Source: a virus (Duplodnaviria > Caudoviricetes). From it: DNA of 64,000 nt. The translations under genes were made by a program, and so were the position numbers. Position 1 is the first letter of the stretch; each line of letters begins with the position of its first letter. The stretch spans positions 1 through 64,000 of the IMG/VR virus record IMGVR_UViG_638276483_000001; one strand, written 5' to 3'. Under the pieces are notes generated by a model, which made no database searches, had not been told where the DNA came from, and worked only from the letters and a program-made list of their open reading frames with translations. This document shows positions 37,681 to 47,441 of the stretch, piece by piece.

Positions 37681-38319
37681 ATGGCTTATTCGAAGCAGTC
37701 GTGGGAGAACGTTCCCTCAACGAACACCCCGTTGTCGGCGGACCGTCTCAACCACATCGAGGACGGTATCGAAGGGGCGCATGAGGGGCTGGACGATAAG
37801 GCCGACCTCGCCCACGACCACGTTTTGGCCGATGTTACCGATGTCACCTCTACTGGCGCGGCTATTGCTGGCGCGGCGGATAACGATGCAGCCCTGGAGG
37901 CTTTGCAGCCGGAGTTGGACAACAAGATCCACGAGATCGTCGACTACTACGCGACCAACGAGTTGGATGTTCAGGTGGATGCTTCCGATGTGGTGTCGGG
38001 CACGCTGAGCATTAGTCGCATCCCCGTGGGTAGTAGTGGTTCCACGGTGTGTGTTGGTAATGATTCGCGCCTGTCGGACCAGCGGACACCCTTGGACAAC
38101 TCGGTGACCCTGGCGAAGATTCAGGACGGTGCGATCACCAACGCGAAGATCAATACCGGCGCGGCGATTGCGAAATCGAAGCTGGCTTCGGATGTGCAAA
38201 CCTCACTGGGTAAAGCGGATTCGTCGGTGCAGAAATCCGGCAGCGCGTCCGGGATGTGGATGGGCACCACCCTTCCTGGTACCGGCACGGCGGGTGTGTT
38301 GTACGTGGTGGTTCCGTGA
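37681..38319 (+). CDS. minor tail/fibre protein
   Basis: TPLSADRLNHIEDGI and VTLAKIQDGAITNAKI repeats. Confidence 0.75.
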   Translation: MAYSKQSWENVPSTNTPLSADRLNHIEDGIEGAHEGLDDKADLAHDHVLADVTDVTSTGAAIAGAADNDAALEALQPELDNKIHEIVDYYATNELDVQVDASDVVSGTLSISRIPVGSSGSTVCVGNDSRLSDQRTPLDNSVTLAKIQDGAITNAKINTGAAIAKSKLASDVQTSLGKADSSVQKSGSASGMWMGTTLPGTGTAGVLYVVVP

Positions 38320-39296
38320 AAGTTTGGAACGGCACAGCGTTCGTTGACCCCACCGCGTTCAAGGTGTGGAACGGGTCGGCGTTCGTCAACCCTGAGCTGT
38401 ACACGTGGAACGGGACCAGCTTTGACAAGGTGTGGCCGTCGTTTGAACCGTTCAGCATTTCCAGCGAAGACCCCGGCTACGAGGATCTGATCGACGAACC
38501 GGTACCCGAGGGCGCTTCGGGCTGTTGGGTGACCCTCGTTGGTGGCGGAGGCGGGGGCGGTGCGGGCTACCAGAGTTTCGATGATACCTACCGCCGCGGC
38601 GGCGGCGGCGGAGCGGGTGGGGCAAAGATTCCCCGCGTGTGGGTGCCTCGCGAGGCTATGGGTTCCTCCTACAGCGTCGTCTTAGGACTCGGCGGGGCGT
38701 ATACCGGTGGAGGCTCGACAGGATTTGGCGGCACCGACGGGGGATCGTCCTCGTTCTTGTCCGGATCTGTGTCGCTGATCGCAGGAGGAGGGGCGCGCGG
38801 CGCGATCGCGCTGTCCGGTAGCAGTACGCAGGTGTCCGGGGGCGCTGGAAGCCTGACGAGCGTCACCTCCGGGGTTGCCGGGGCCGTCGTTATCCCCGGC
38901 GCGCCCGGGGGTAAGGGGGCCGCGTCGTCAGGCTCTGCGGAAGATGGCGGAGATAACCCGAGCGGTGCAGGTGCGGGCGGCGGAGGAGGCGGCCGGGTTT
39001 CGGACTCCAATAGCCAGACTCCCGGGGGCAGAGGAGGTAACTCCGCGGTCGGTACCGGAGGGGAGCGGGGCGGTGCCGGGGCCAACGGGTCCAGCGCCGC
39101 CGACCAAACCGGCGGTAACCCAGGCGCTGGAGGAGGCGGTGGCGGTGGCAACAACAGCGGGTCCACAACCACCGGTCACGGCGGTAACGGAGGTAAATAC
39201 GGCGGAGGCGGTGGCGGAAGTGGCGGTCATAGGACTAATGCTCGTCGCTACGGCGGAGCGGGCGGTGACGGATACGTCCTGGTCGAGTGGGAATGA
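38316..39296 (+). CDS. glycine-rich minor tail protein
   Basis: KVWNG repeats and long Gly-rich tract. Confidence 0.8.
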   Translation: MKVWNGTAFVDPTAFKVWNGSAFVNPELYTWNGTSFDKVWPSFEPFSISSEDPGYEDLIDEPVPEGASGCWVTLVGGGGGGGAGYQSFDDTYRRGGGGGAGGAKIPRVWVPREAMGSSYSVVLGLGGAYTGGGSTGFGGTDGGSSSFLSGSVSLIAGGGARGAIALSGSSTQVSGGAGSLTSVTSGVAGAVVIPGAPGGKGAASSGSAEDGGDNPSGAGAGGGGGGRVSDSNSQTPGGRGGNSAVGTGGERGGAGANGSSAADQTGGNPGAGGGGGGGNNSGSTTTGHGGNGGKYGGGGGGSGGHRTNARRYGGAGGDGYVLVEWE

Positions 39297-39299
39297 CCC

Positions 39300-39491
39300 C
39301 TACTCGCCGCGAATGATTTGATACACCCGCCCTCTGGTGATGCCTGCTTGTCTGGCGATCTCAGGTGCGGGCATGCCGTCCGCGTACGCGGCCTTCACGA
39401 GGTCGAACATTTCACTGGTCAGCTCGCCCATCTCGGCTGCAACCTTCTGCCGCTTGTCGCGGTTGGCGGCTAGTCGATCAGCGAGGGGCAT
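39300..39491 (-). CDS. HTH DNA-binding protein
   Basis: PEIARQAGITRGRVYQI. Confidence 0.85.
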   Translation of the reverse strand: MPLADRLAANRDKRQKVAAEMGELTSEMFDLVKAAYADGMPAPEIARQAGITRGRVYQIIRGE

Positions 39492-39520
39492 GCGGGAAAT
39501 AGTAGCACGTTATACGCAGG

Positions 39521-39550
39521 TTGACAGACTGTGTGCAGGGCCTATACAGT
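39521..39550 (+). promoter_or_regulatory. SigA-like promoter
   Basis: TTGACA-18 nt-TACAGT, divergent from HTH gene. Confidence 0.55.
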
Positions 39551-39641
39551 AGGCCCCATCAACTTGAGACACCGCCCGGCGGGGCGAAGGCCCGAGAAAC
39601 CAACCCCGCCGGACGGCCCACCCCCAACAGGAGGCCCACCA

Positions 39642-39938
39642 ATGCTACGCAACACCATCGCAACCATCACAGCCGCCCTCACCCTCGCACTCCTCACCCC
39701 CGCAGTCGCAGACGCCGCACCCAAACACTGCGACAACCACGGCACCGGACACGGCAAAATCTACAAGCACGCCTGCGCCACCGGACCCGGCGGAGCAGGC
39801 GCCGACTGGACCTACGCCAAAAACCCCGACGGCACCGTGAAAACGGTCGTAAAAGACGGCAAAGAGCACAAGGTCTACAAGTGCACCCGCCACTGCGGCG
39901 GCGGACGCCACAACACCGAAACCACAGACCCCTGGTGA
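39642..39938 (+). CDS. secreted Cys/His-rich protein
   Basis: Signal peptide ending AVADA; AGGAGG RBS. Confidence 0.75.
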   Translation: MLRNTIATITAALTLALLTPAVADAAPKHCDNHGTGHGKIYKHACATGPGGAGADWTYAKNPDGTVKTVVKDGKEHKVYKCTRHCGGGRHNTETTDPW

Positions 39939-39997
39939 TCGTCAGAAAGAACGGGCTGCCATTTTCGTGGTAGCCCGTTTGTCATGAAAAGCGGAAG

Positions 39998-40156
39998 ATG
40001 AATCGCTACACCATCCTCGGTATCGAAAAACCTTTCCCTTGGGTCAGCCTCGGCCTGCTCGGCGGCCTGATACTCACCGGGCTACTCTCGTGGGCATTCG
40101 CCACCGGCAGCGTGACGCTCGTCGAAAAACTCATCGACGACCTACCCGACTTCTGA
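39998..40156 (+). CDS. small membrane protein
   Basis: MNRYTILGIEKPFPW plus a TM segment. Confidence 0.6.
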   Translation: MNRYTILGIEKPFPWVSLGLLGGLILTGLLSWAFATGSVTLVEKLIDDLPDF

Positions 40157-40250
40157 CGGGCCGGCCCCTGTTCTACCTCTAAACAACACCCCCAGAAAAC
40201 CCCGCCACCACCAAGGTGCGCGGGGCTTTTCCATGCCCGAAAGGGGGCGC

Positions 40251-40751
40251 ATGCCTCTTTATCGCACGCTCGGCCCGCTTACATACATCGACGACGGTCG
40301 AGTAAGGCACATCACCCGGGCGGGCGTCATCATCGATATCAGTCGAGAAACGGCCGATGGGTTACCCGGACTTGTCGCATACGTCGACAGTGAGGTTACC
40401 AGCTTCCCTCGCATCGAAATGCTTAGCTACGAGGATTACAGCGACTTCCCGGTGCACGGCAGCGATGGATACATTTACGCAGACCGAAGCGGCAATGCAA
40501 TCTACCAATGGGTGAATGACGGATATGTCGCCATCGCCGGAACCGCATCGTGGAGCACCTTATCGGGAAAGCCTTCAGAGTTTCCGCCATCCGATCATTC
40601 CCACGATAGCGCCAGCGCTGTACATGCCGTGATCGTCTCCACCGGTTCAGAGGCCCGCCCCTCCACCGATGGCACCGTCCTGTGGCTCGGCGGCTCTAGC
40701 GAGCCCACGAACTACGACGACACCAAAGACATCTGGTTCGGGACGGACTAA
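40251..40751 (+). CDS. hypothetical (tail-related) protein
   Basis: GKPSEFPPSDHSH motif. Confidence 0.7.
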   Translation: MPLYRTLGPLTYIDDGRVRHITRAGVIIDISRETADGLPGLVAYVDSEVTSFPRIEMLSYEDYSDFPVHGSDGYIYADRSGNAIYQWVNDGYVAIAGTASWSTLSGKPSEFPPSDHSHDSASAVHAVIVSTGSEARPSTDGTVLWLGGSSEPTNYDDTKDIWFGTD

Positions 40752-40895
40752 GTGCGAGTACTCGGACAAGAAATCACCAAGGTCCGGGTCGCGGGGGGTT
40801 GACGCCATCCGCGTCCGGGTCCGTGGCCAGGACGAGTGGACGGCCGAGTCACCCGCTCCAGTCCCCGACCCACCCTATTCCCCCGAAGGGGCATT

Positions 40896-41222
40896 ATGAA
40901 GAAGTTTCTCATCTCCCTCGTCGTCGGGGTTCTTGCCGAGGCGGTCAAGAATCCTGAGATCCGGGACTTCGTTTCCGGCCTTGTTGTGAAGCTTGCCGAA
41001 AAACTCAAGGGCGATCTGGTTCCGGCTTTGATCGGCCTGTTCCCGACATTCGGCGGCGCCATCATCGAGACCGTCCTCGACAAGCTGCCGGGCGTCCACA
41101 ACCTGGATGTCGAGATTCTCAATTCCGACGTCGCCAAGAAAATCATCGAATCTGACCCGGACCTTCCTTTCGTGTCGGGATTCATTGACCTCACCGAAAT
41201 TCTCAGGGGATTCATCAAATAA
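40896..41222 (+). CDS. hypothetical protein before lysin A
   Basis: AAGGGG RBS; abuts lysA. Confidence 0.7.
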   Translation: MKKFLISLVVGVLAEAVKNPEIRDFVSGLVVKLAEKLKGDLVPALIGLFPTFGGAIIETVLDKLPGVHNLDVEILNSDVAKKIIESDPDLPFVSGFIDLTEILRGFIK

Positions 41223-42643
41223 TGGCAGTCACTCGCGCAAACGTAGAAGCAACCAAGAACTTCATCCGGGCGCGGGTCGGCAATCCTTACGTTTACGGCG
41301 GCGCGCTGTCGCCCACGGACGTACGGAGGGGAACTGACTGCTCGGAGGTCTGGCAGACCGTCCTCGAGATGGTCCACGGCCGGTACAACCCAGGTCGCCA
41401 GTCCGAAGGCGCCACCACCGAGTCCTACAGGTACATCCCCGTCGGGGGAGTGGGCCCGTTCGGCACCATCCGCGTCAACCACTGGCGTGACATCCCCGCC
41501 AACGCAGCGGCGAAACTGGCGTTCCACCACGGTCCGGGCGGCGGCGCCAACTCCCACATGTGGGGCGAGTTGGACGGCATGCTCATCGAGTCCGCGGGCT
41601 CCAAGGGCCTCGTGACCAACGGTCGCGCCATGACTATCGACAACTCGTACGCCACGGCCTGGGCATACCTCCCTGGCCCGATTGTCGAAGACGGCAGCCC
41701 GATCCCGGAGGACCCCAACGCGGTCACCTGGGGTATCGACATCTCCAATCACCAGGGGGACATGGACCTCAACCGCGTCAAAGCGGAGGGGTTCGACTTC
41801 ATCTGGTGCAAGGTGTCGGAGGGCGCCAACTACCGCGATCCGTTCTGGCCGGGCAACCGGGACAAGGCCCGCAAGGCGGGGCTGATCCTCGCCGGCTACC
41901 ACTACGTCCGGACCGGCGACCCCGCCGCCCAGGCGCGGACATTCGTCGAGCACCTGGGGGACAAGTCGATCCCCGCCATGCTCGATTTCGAGGACGGCTC
42001 CGGCAACATCGACCAGTTCTGGGCGGTGAAAAACGAGATCGAAAAGCTCGGCGTCCAGGTCCGCCTCTCCTACATACCCGACTGGTATTGGGAGCGCATC
42101 GGCAAGCCGGACCTGTCGAAGGTTCCGGGACTGATCTCGTCCGAATACGTCAGCGGCACCGGGTATGCATCGGTGCTTTACCCGGGCAACAACAGCAACT
42201 TCTGGAAAGCGTACGGCGGCCGGACGCCCGACGTCCTGCAGTTCACCGACCGCGCCCTCGTGGCCGGCAAGTCGGTCGACGCCAACGCCTTCCGGGGAAC
42301 ACCAGACAAGCTGCGCCGTCTTCTGGGCGCGGGAGGAGATGACTTCTTGTCCGCATTGAGTGACGCAGAACAGCGGCTGCTCTTTGATCGCACCAATCAG
42401 CTGTGGGGCGCCCTTTTCAATCCGATCGCCTCGCTGTCGAAATACCGCGCCGAGGGCGAGGGCGAGGTCCACAAGACGAAGGACCTGGTCCGGAACATAG
42501 ACGCCATGACGCATGAGACCTTAGTCGAGCGTCAGGCCATGATGGGCAATCCCGAGGCTCTCGCCCTCGTTAAACGCGAGGCCGACAAGGGCGACAAATG
42601 GGCCCAATGCGTCCTTGACTACATCGAAGGCGACGAATCCTAG
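41222..42643 (+). CDS. lysA: lysin A (N-terminal peptidase + GH25 muramidase)
   Basis: PYVYGG...TDCS...SHM; GIDISNHQG, KVSEG, LDFE, LQFTD. Confidence 0.92.
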   Translation: MAVTRANVEATKNFIRARVGNPYVYGGALSPTDVRRGTDCSEVWQTVLEMVHGRYNPGRQSEGATTESYRYIPVGGVGPFGTIRVNHWRDIPANAAAKLAFHHGPGGGANSHMWGELDGMLIESAGSKGLVTNGRAMTIDNSYATAWAYLPGPIVEDGSPIPEDPNAVTWGIDISNHQGDMDLNRVKAEGFDFIWCKVSEGANYRDPFWPGNRDKARKAGLILAGYHYVRTGDPAAQARTFVEHLGDKSIPAMLDFEDGSGNIDQFWAVKNEIEKLGVQVRLSYIPDWYWERIGKPDLSKVPGLISSEYVSGTGYASVLYPGNNSNFWKAYGGRTPDVLQFTDRALVAGKSVDANAFRGTPDKLRRLLGAGGDDFLSALSDAEQRLLFDRTNQLWGALFNPIASLSKYRAEGEGEVHKTKDLVRNIDAMTHETLVERQAMMGNPEALALVKREADKGDKWAQCVLDYIEGDES

Positions 42644-42745
42644 ACCCCGCCTGCTAGAATGTCAAGTGAACGGGGCCGAGAAAGTGCTACCAACACTTCT
42701 CGGCCCCTAACCCACTCACTTGATTGCGGCAAGGAGGGGCTAGCA

Positions 42746-43288
42746 GTGGATGCTACCTCGAATACCGAAGAATGGCGCCCAGCCCCCGGCTACGAGGGCC
42801 TCTACGAGGTGTCGAGTCACGGGCGAGTCCGCTCGCTGGACAGAACGGTCCCCACCCGGCGCCACCCCGGGGGTGTGCGCAAGCTTCGGGGGTGTCTATT
42901 GAAGCCGTCCCCGTCCAAGTACGGACACCTGATGGTCAACCCCTCGAAGGACGGGCGGCAAAAGGTGGAATACATCCACCACCTCGTGATGCTCGCCTTC
43001 TCTGGCCCACGGCCAGAGGGAATGCTCGTCTGCCACAACGATGGCGATCCCACCAATAACCGCCTCGACAACCTGCGGTGGGACGACCAATTCGGCAATA
43101 TGCGAGACACGCTCTCGCATGGAACATGCTTCCAGGCCAATAAGACCCACTGCATACGTGGGCATGAATTTAATCAGCAAAACACTCACATCGCCCCCGA
43201 TGGCGGCCGGGTGTGCCGCCTTTGCAGGCGCATCACCAAGAATGCGCGACGAGCGCGATTGCGCCAGCAGGGGCTGCCAATAAACTGA
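42746..43288 (+). CDS. NUMOD4-HNH homing endonuclease
   Basis: EEWRPAPGYEGLYEVSSHGRVRS; CHNDGDPTNNRLDNL. Confidence 0.92.
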   Translation: MDATSNTEEWRPAPGYEGLYEVSSHGRVRSLDRTVPTRRHPGGVRKLRGCLLKPSPSKYGHLMVNPSKDGRQKVEYIHHLVMLAFSGPRPEGMLVCHNDGDPTNNRLDNLRWDDQFGNMRDTLSHGTCFQANKTHCIRGHEFNQQNTHIAPDGGRVCRLCRRITKNARRARLRQQGLPIN

Positions 43289-43300
43289 AGAAAGGGCGCT

Positions 43301-43681
43301 ATGCCCGCTGATATCGACGTCAAAAACCAGATCGACGGCGTCCAGGGTGACGGATCTCCGCGTCCCTGGGCTTGGGTTAAGTGCCGCGCCCGCACCGTCC
43401 TGGGCAACCTGAAGGCTAAGCCTTTCTCCCGCGAGATTAACGGGAAGCCCGTCGCGGCGACCCCCTCGGCGCTGGATCATATCATCTGCACTTCCGAGCA
43501 GACCTCGTGGCGGTATGTCGCCTCGGATGGCAACGTCTACGACCTGAAGGATTTCATGATCGTCGCCATCGAAAGGATGATCGACGAGACAGATCCCGCC
43601 AAGCTCGCGGAATACCGCAACAAGGCATCCCAGCTGCGCCCCTGGCCCGCGGGCTACGCAGGCAGGCCCGATTTCGAGTGA
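43301..43681 (+). CDS. hypothetical protein in lysis cassette
   Basis: AAGGG RBS; overlaps lysB start. Confidence 0.7.
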   Translation: MPADIDVKNQIDGVQGDGSPRPWAWVKCRARTVLGNLKAKPFSREINGKPVAATPSALDHIICTSEQTSWRYVASDGNVYDLKDFMIVAIERMIDETDPAKLAEYRNKASQLRPWPAGYAGRPDFE

Positions 43682-44550
43682 GTCTATGGCCTGAAATCCG
43701 GGCCATGCTCAACGGCGAGTTCTACGTTCCGGCCGGGACGATAATCACCGCCAACGGCACTGGGGTGCCGGACGGTGCCGGTCCCGGCTTCGGGGCGGAT
43801 CTCGCGCGCGAGCTTGAGCGTGTAGCCGAGGGCATGTGGATCTGGAAGTGGATCAACTACCCCGCCGCCGTCATGCCGATGCGCCCCAGCATTAACACCC
43901 TGCGCCTAGCGCTGAAGGAGATGATCCGGACAACCCCCGGAAAGATCGTCCTCTCGGCGTACAGCCAGTCCGCGGTGGCCTTTGCCTACGTCTGGCGCGA
44001 CGACATCCTCAACCCGGACGGGGAACTGCACGATCGCCTCGACGACATCGTCGCGGTGATTCTGTACGGCAACCCCGTCAGGGCCCCGGGAATTGCGTAC
44101 GGCAACGAACTGGGTGGCCAGTCCGCGCCGGGCAAGCTGAACGGCCACGTCACCGGCGGCATCGCCGGCCCCGACTGCTTGCGGCCGGAAGAGTGCGTCC
44201 ACCCGGTGACGGGGAGGCGGATCGTCCTAGATTTCGCCAACGCCGGCGACCTCTACGCTGCGGCCCCGGTCGGTGCCGAACCCTGGGTCAAGGAGACCGA
44301 GGTCGGCCATAACGAGACGCTGATCTACGAGGCGGTGATGGATTTCAACGGCCGCGACATTCTGGCTTTCGCCAAGGAGATCGCGCAGATCCTCACGATG
44401 CCGCTGTCGCAGGTGGTTCCGCTTGTGCAGGCCATCATCAACGGCTTGTCCTTCCTGGTGCAGGGCCCGAAGGCGCCGCACTGGACGTACACGATCGGCC
44501 CCGCCGTCGACTACCTGGTGCGCACCGGGAACGAACTTAGAAAGAATTGA
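43678..44550 (+). CDS. lysB: lysin B (cutinase-like esterase)
   Basis: NGTG, NYPA, AYSQSA, YGNP, GDLYA, PHWTY. Confidence 0.9.
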   Translation: MSLWPEIRAMLNGEFYVPAGTIITANGTGVPDGAGPGFGADLARELERVAEGMWIWKWINYPAAVMPMRPSINTLRLALKEMIRTTPGKIVLSAYSQSAVAFAYVWRDDILNPDGELHDRLDDIVAVILYGNPVRAPGIAYGNELGGQSAPGKLNGHVTGGIAGPDCLRPEECVHPVTGRRIVLDFANAGDLYAAAPVGAEPWVKETEVGHNETLIYEAVMDFNGRDILAFAKEIAQILTMPLSQVVPLVQAIINGLSFLVQGPKAPHWTYTIGPAVDYLVRTGNELRKN

Positions 44551-44552
44551 AC

Positions 44553-44873
44553 ATGAATCTCGGGAAGTATTGGAAAGCAATTACCGCTTTCCTGTCCCTG
44601 GTGGCCACCAACCTGGCCTACCGGGTGACTAGTGGCGAAGAGCCGCTGCCCGCCTTTGACGATTACAAGGGCTGGATACTGTTCGCGGCCACCACCGCGG
44701 CGGGCACCTTCCTCACGTGGGCCAAGGGCAACAAGGGCTTCGTGGAGTCCGACAAGGTAGAGGCTCCAACTATCAACTCAGAGTTGATAGTTGACGAGTC
44801 TGAGGCTGACACCGAGCCGATCCCGGTCGCTGAACAGGCTGAGAAGCCCAAGCGTCGGAGACCTGTGATCTAG
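44553..44873 (+). CDS. holin
   Basis: KYWKAI, two TM segments, charged tail. Confidence 0.8.
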   Translation: MNLGKYWKAITAFLSLVATNLAYRVTSGEEPLPAFDDYKGWILFAATTAAGTFLTWAKGNKGFVESDKVEAPTINSELIVDESEADTEPIPVAEQAEKPKRRRPVI

Positions 44874-45259
44874 TGGACGCCCCGGCATACGAGCCCACCG
44901 GGTGGTTCGGAATGCTGCCGTGGCTGTTGTACGCTGTGCCCTTCCTCGTTCCCACGCTATTCATCGCATGGGGGCAGTGGAAGGCGCGGCGCCACAACGC
45001 TAAGCAGGCCGCCACCACCGACGAGCTCAAGCAAACCATCGGAGCTATCCGTAACAACGTCCAGAACGGTCACAAGACCCTGATGCGCGACGACCTCGAC
45101 GAACTCGTGGCCGGCATCAAAGAGTTGCGGGCCGGGCAAGAGACGCAAGGCGAAATGCTCAACCGCATGGATAGACGCCTCGACCGTATCGCCGAGGACC
45201 TGTCCACAGAGCGCCAGGAACGTATCGCTGGCGATAGGAGATCAGAAAACTGCAGGTAA
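44873..45259 (+). CDS. membrane protein (DUF2746-like)
   Basis: One TM; VQNGH..MRDDLD; ERQERIAGD. Confidence 0.75.
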   Translation: MDAPAYEPTGWFGMLPWLLYAVPFLVPTLFIAWGQWKARRHNAKQAATTDELKQTIGAIRNNVQNGHKTLMRDDLDELVAGIKELRAGQETQGEMLNRMDRRLDRIAEDLSTERQERIAGDRRSENCR

Positions 45260-45501
45260 CGGTGTATTCCCCGCCAACCCCCTGTGTCATGTGCCGGACC
45301 ACCAAGGCCCGCCTGGACAAGTTCGGAATACCTTACGAGTCCGTGGTGACCGACGAGGAAACCGCCAATCGATTTCGGAATGAAGGCCGATCCTCATACC
45401 CCGTGGTTGTCGTTGAACGCGACGGCCAGGAACCGTGGGTGTGGTCGGGCTTCCGCGACACCGAGATCAAGAAGCTTGCCGACGAGCTGGCAAGTAAATA
45501 A
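45250..45501 (+). CDS. NrdH-like glutaredoxin
   Basis: VTVYS...CVMC, YPVVVV, WSGFR; start CTG 45250 or GTG 45262. Confidence 0.85.
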   Translation: MQVTVYSPPTPCVMCRTTKARLDKFGIPYESVVTDEETANRFRNEGRSSYPVVVVERDGQEPWVWSGFRDTEIKKLADELASK

Positions 45502-45517
45502 ACAGCTCCCCATAGAC

Positions 45518-45614
45518 GAGGCCCGCGCTCCCCAGGACGTTCCCCCCTGGGTTGAGCGCGGGCCTCTTTGCCTTTTGACGCCCCGTTAGCTTCGGCTAGC
45601 GGGGCGTCTTTTTG
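45518..45614. terminator. tandem terminators between convergent operons
   Basis: gaggcccgcgctc...gagcgcgggcctc ttt and gacgccccg...cggggcgtc tttttg. Confidence 0.8.
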
Positions 45615-46078
45615 TTTTCTAGGCGTGCGCGGGGTCTGTGCGGTTCACCGATGATCGCAATCCCAGTCGATGTCACACGTGCAGCCCACAGCCTCGCCAA
45701 TACACGCCCAGCAGCCGGTGCAGGTGCAAGGGGCGTCAACTCCGTGCGGAAAGCAGGTGCATGTCATCTCCACCCCAGTCAAGGCTCCGTCAGTCATTGG
45801 CCTCCCTCTTGGTCATTGAGATGGTCACAACTCCACCCCCAGCTTTGCGATGAATTGGGGTGTCATTGCCACTCCTCGAAACACTTGTCGCACTCGACGT
45901 GGTCGGGGCCGTTCCAGTACGCCGGGCCGAAGACCTCGTTGAGGTGGCCGCAGAACTTCCCGCACTTGTCACACCTCATAACGGCCCCGCCGCGGCACGT
46001 CGTACACCCATTTGCCGAGCCGCGGATCGTCCACTCGACAACGGCCGAGTAAGTCGCTATGGATACCCCAGCCGCGCT

Positions 46079-46501
46079 TCATTCGACCACCTGGAGCACC
46101 CGGGCGGACAGCTGGCCGGTGGGGCTGCTGCAGTAATCCCAATCGAGACCGTCCTGCCGCCACTTATCGCCCCGAATGTCGAACGAGGCAACCGTGCCGT
46201 CGTCGCAACCCACAACCTCGAACACGACCGTGAACGTGGCGGTCTCGGGGAGCGTGGGCCCGTTGTATCGGGGGTCGATCTTGAATCGGACGTTGCATCC
46301 GGCCGAACCGTAGCACTGCCGCTCGATCACATTTACCCCGATGTAGAAGTCTTCGGGGTCCGGGGGAATGATCTCTTCCTCGACAACGGCCGCGGGAGTG
46401 GTGGTCACCGGGGAGCCCGCGGCGATCGGCTTACCGTCGACCGGGACGCACGCCACGCCGAAGAGCGCGGTCGTTGCGATTACTGTTGCGATGCGTAGCA
46501 T
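46079..46501 (-). CDS. putative lipoprotein
   Basis: Hydrophobic leader ending GVAC; CYGSAGC motif. Confidence 0.75.
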   Translation of the reverse strand: MLRIATVIATTALFGVACVPVDGKPIAAGSPVTTTPAAVVEEEIIPPDPEDFYIGVNVIERQCYGSAGCNVRFKIDPRYNGPTLPETATFTVVFEVVGCDDGTVASFDIRGDKWRQDGLDWDYCSSPTGQLSARVLQVVE

Positions 46502-46743
46502 GGTGCTTGCCTTTCATTGAGGCGTGGGCGGGTCATTCTTGACGGGGCGGCCCGCCCACTTAAAAGTTTCTTAGAGGTACATCCCAACCGGCGGCTGGGG
46601 TTCTTCCTCGTGGGGAAGGTGAGAGTCGAGATAATCAGCCGTCAAGCGGTTGGTGGCCATCGCGCCGGCGATCAGGGCCCGCCGGGCGATCCCGCGAGTG
46701 ATCGGGAAACTGAGGCGATGGGTGACGACTTTGGCATCCATGA

Positions 46744-47100
46744 TTACCCCGCGTGCGAGAACTGCGGGCCGTGCGCCTCGTCGAAGGCGTCCACAATATC
46801 CTTGGGAATCCGGCCACGGTCGGAAACCTTCATACCCTTCTTCTTAGCCCAGTCCCGGATGGCGCCGAGCTGGTCGGTCTTGCTGGCCACCGGTTTAGCC
46901 TTCGTGGGCGAGGCGTGGTGGGAGCGCTTTGCCCCGCGGATCTTGCGAGCCGACTCGATGAATCCCGCGAGGGCTTTTTCCAGCTCCTCGTAGGTCGAGT
47001 TGACAAGATCAATCTCGTAGACCTCACCCGCCAGGGCGAACTCTCGCGTAGTCGCGCCTTCTTCGCCCGTGATGTCGTCTACCAGTACGACCTTCTTCAT
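46744..47100 (-). CDS. lsr2: Lsr2-like nucleoid-associated protein
   Basis: LVDDITG, YEIDL, IRDWAK, RGRIP. Confidence 0.92.
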   Translation of the reverse strand: MKKVVLVDDITGEEGATTREFALAGEVYEIDLVNSTYEELEKALAGFIESARKIRGAKRSHHASPTKAKPVASKTDQLGAIRDWAKKKGMKVSDRGRIPKDIVDAFDEAHGPQFSHAG

Positions 47101-47135
47101 GTGGATCTCCTTTGATAGCCGGAATGGTTATCTAG

Positions 47136-47164
47136 AAGATATAGCGCCTATGGATAAGCGTCAA
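47136..47164 (-). promoter_or_regulatory. SigA-like promoter for lsr2
   Basis: TTGACG-17 nt-TATCTT. Confidence 0.6.
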
Positions 47165-47189
47165 CCCTATCCTTGAAAAGAGTTACTGG

Positions 47190-47441
47190 TCATTCGTCGA
47201 ATGCCTTCCTGATGAGGTCCAGCTCTTCACGGTTGCGTTCTTCCCGTGCTTTCAGGGCTTCGGCTGCGGCGGCGCCCACGTCGTGGGGGACGTCCGCCAA
47301 ATGGGCGTAGATGTCTGCGCTCATCTGGCAGAACGCCCGATACTCATCCGGGTCTTGGATGGGGCATTTTTTGAGGGTGTCGATCGAAGCGTTGAGGTTG
47401 TCCCACGCGGCGATCCACGCCTCTACACGAGCATCAGTCAT
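47190..47441 (-). CDS. hypothetical protein
   Basis: GGAGG RBS, leftward operon. Confidence 0.6.
   Translation of the reverse strand: MTDARVEAWIAAWDNLNASIDTLKKCPIQDPDEYRAFCQMSADIYAHLADVPHDVGAAAAEALKAREERNREELDLIRKAFDE

Noticed and set aside
45757-45775. Self-target of U1 (GTGCATGTC)
   Set aside because: Only spacer A matches; the adjacent half does not match spacer B. A 9-mer hit in 64 kb is plausible by chance.
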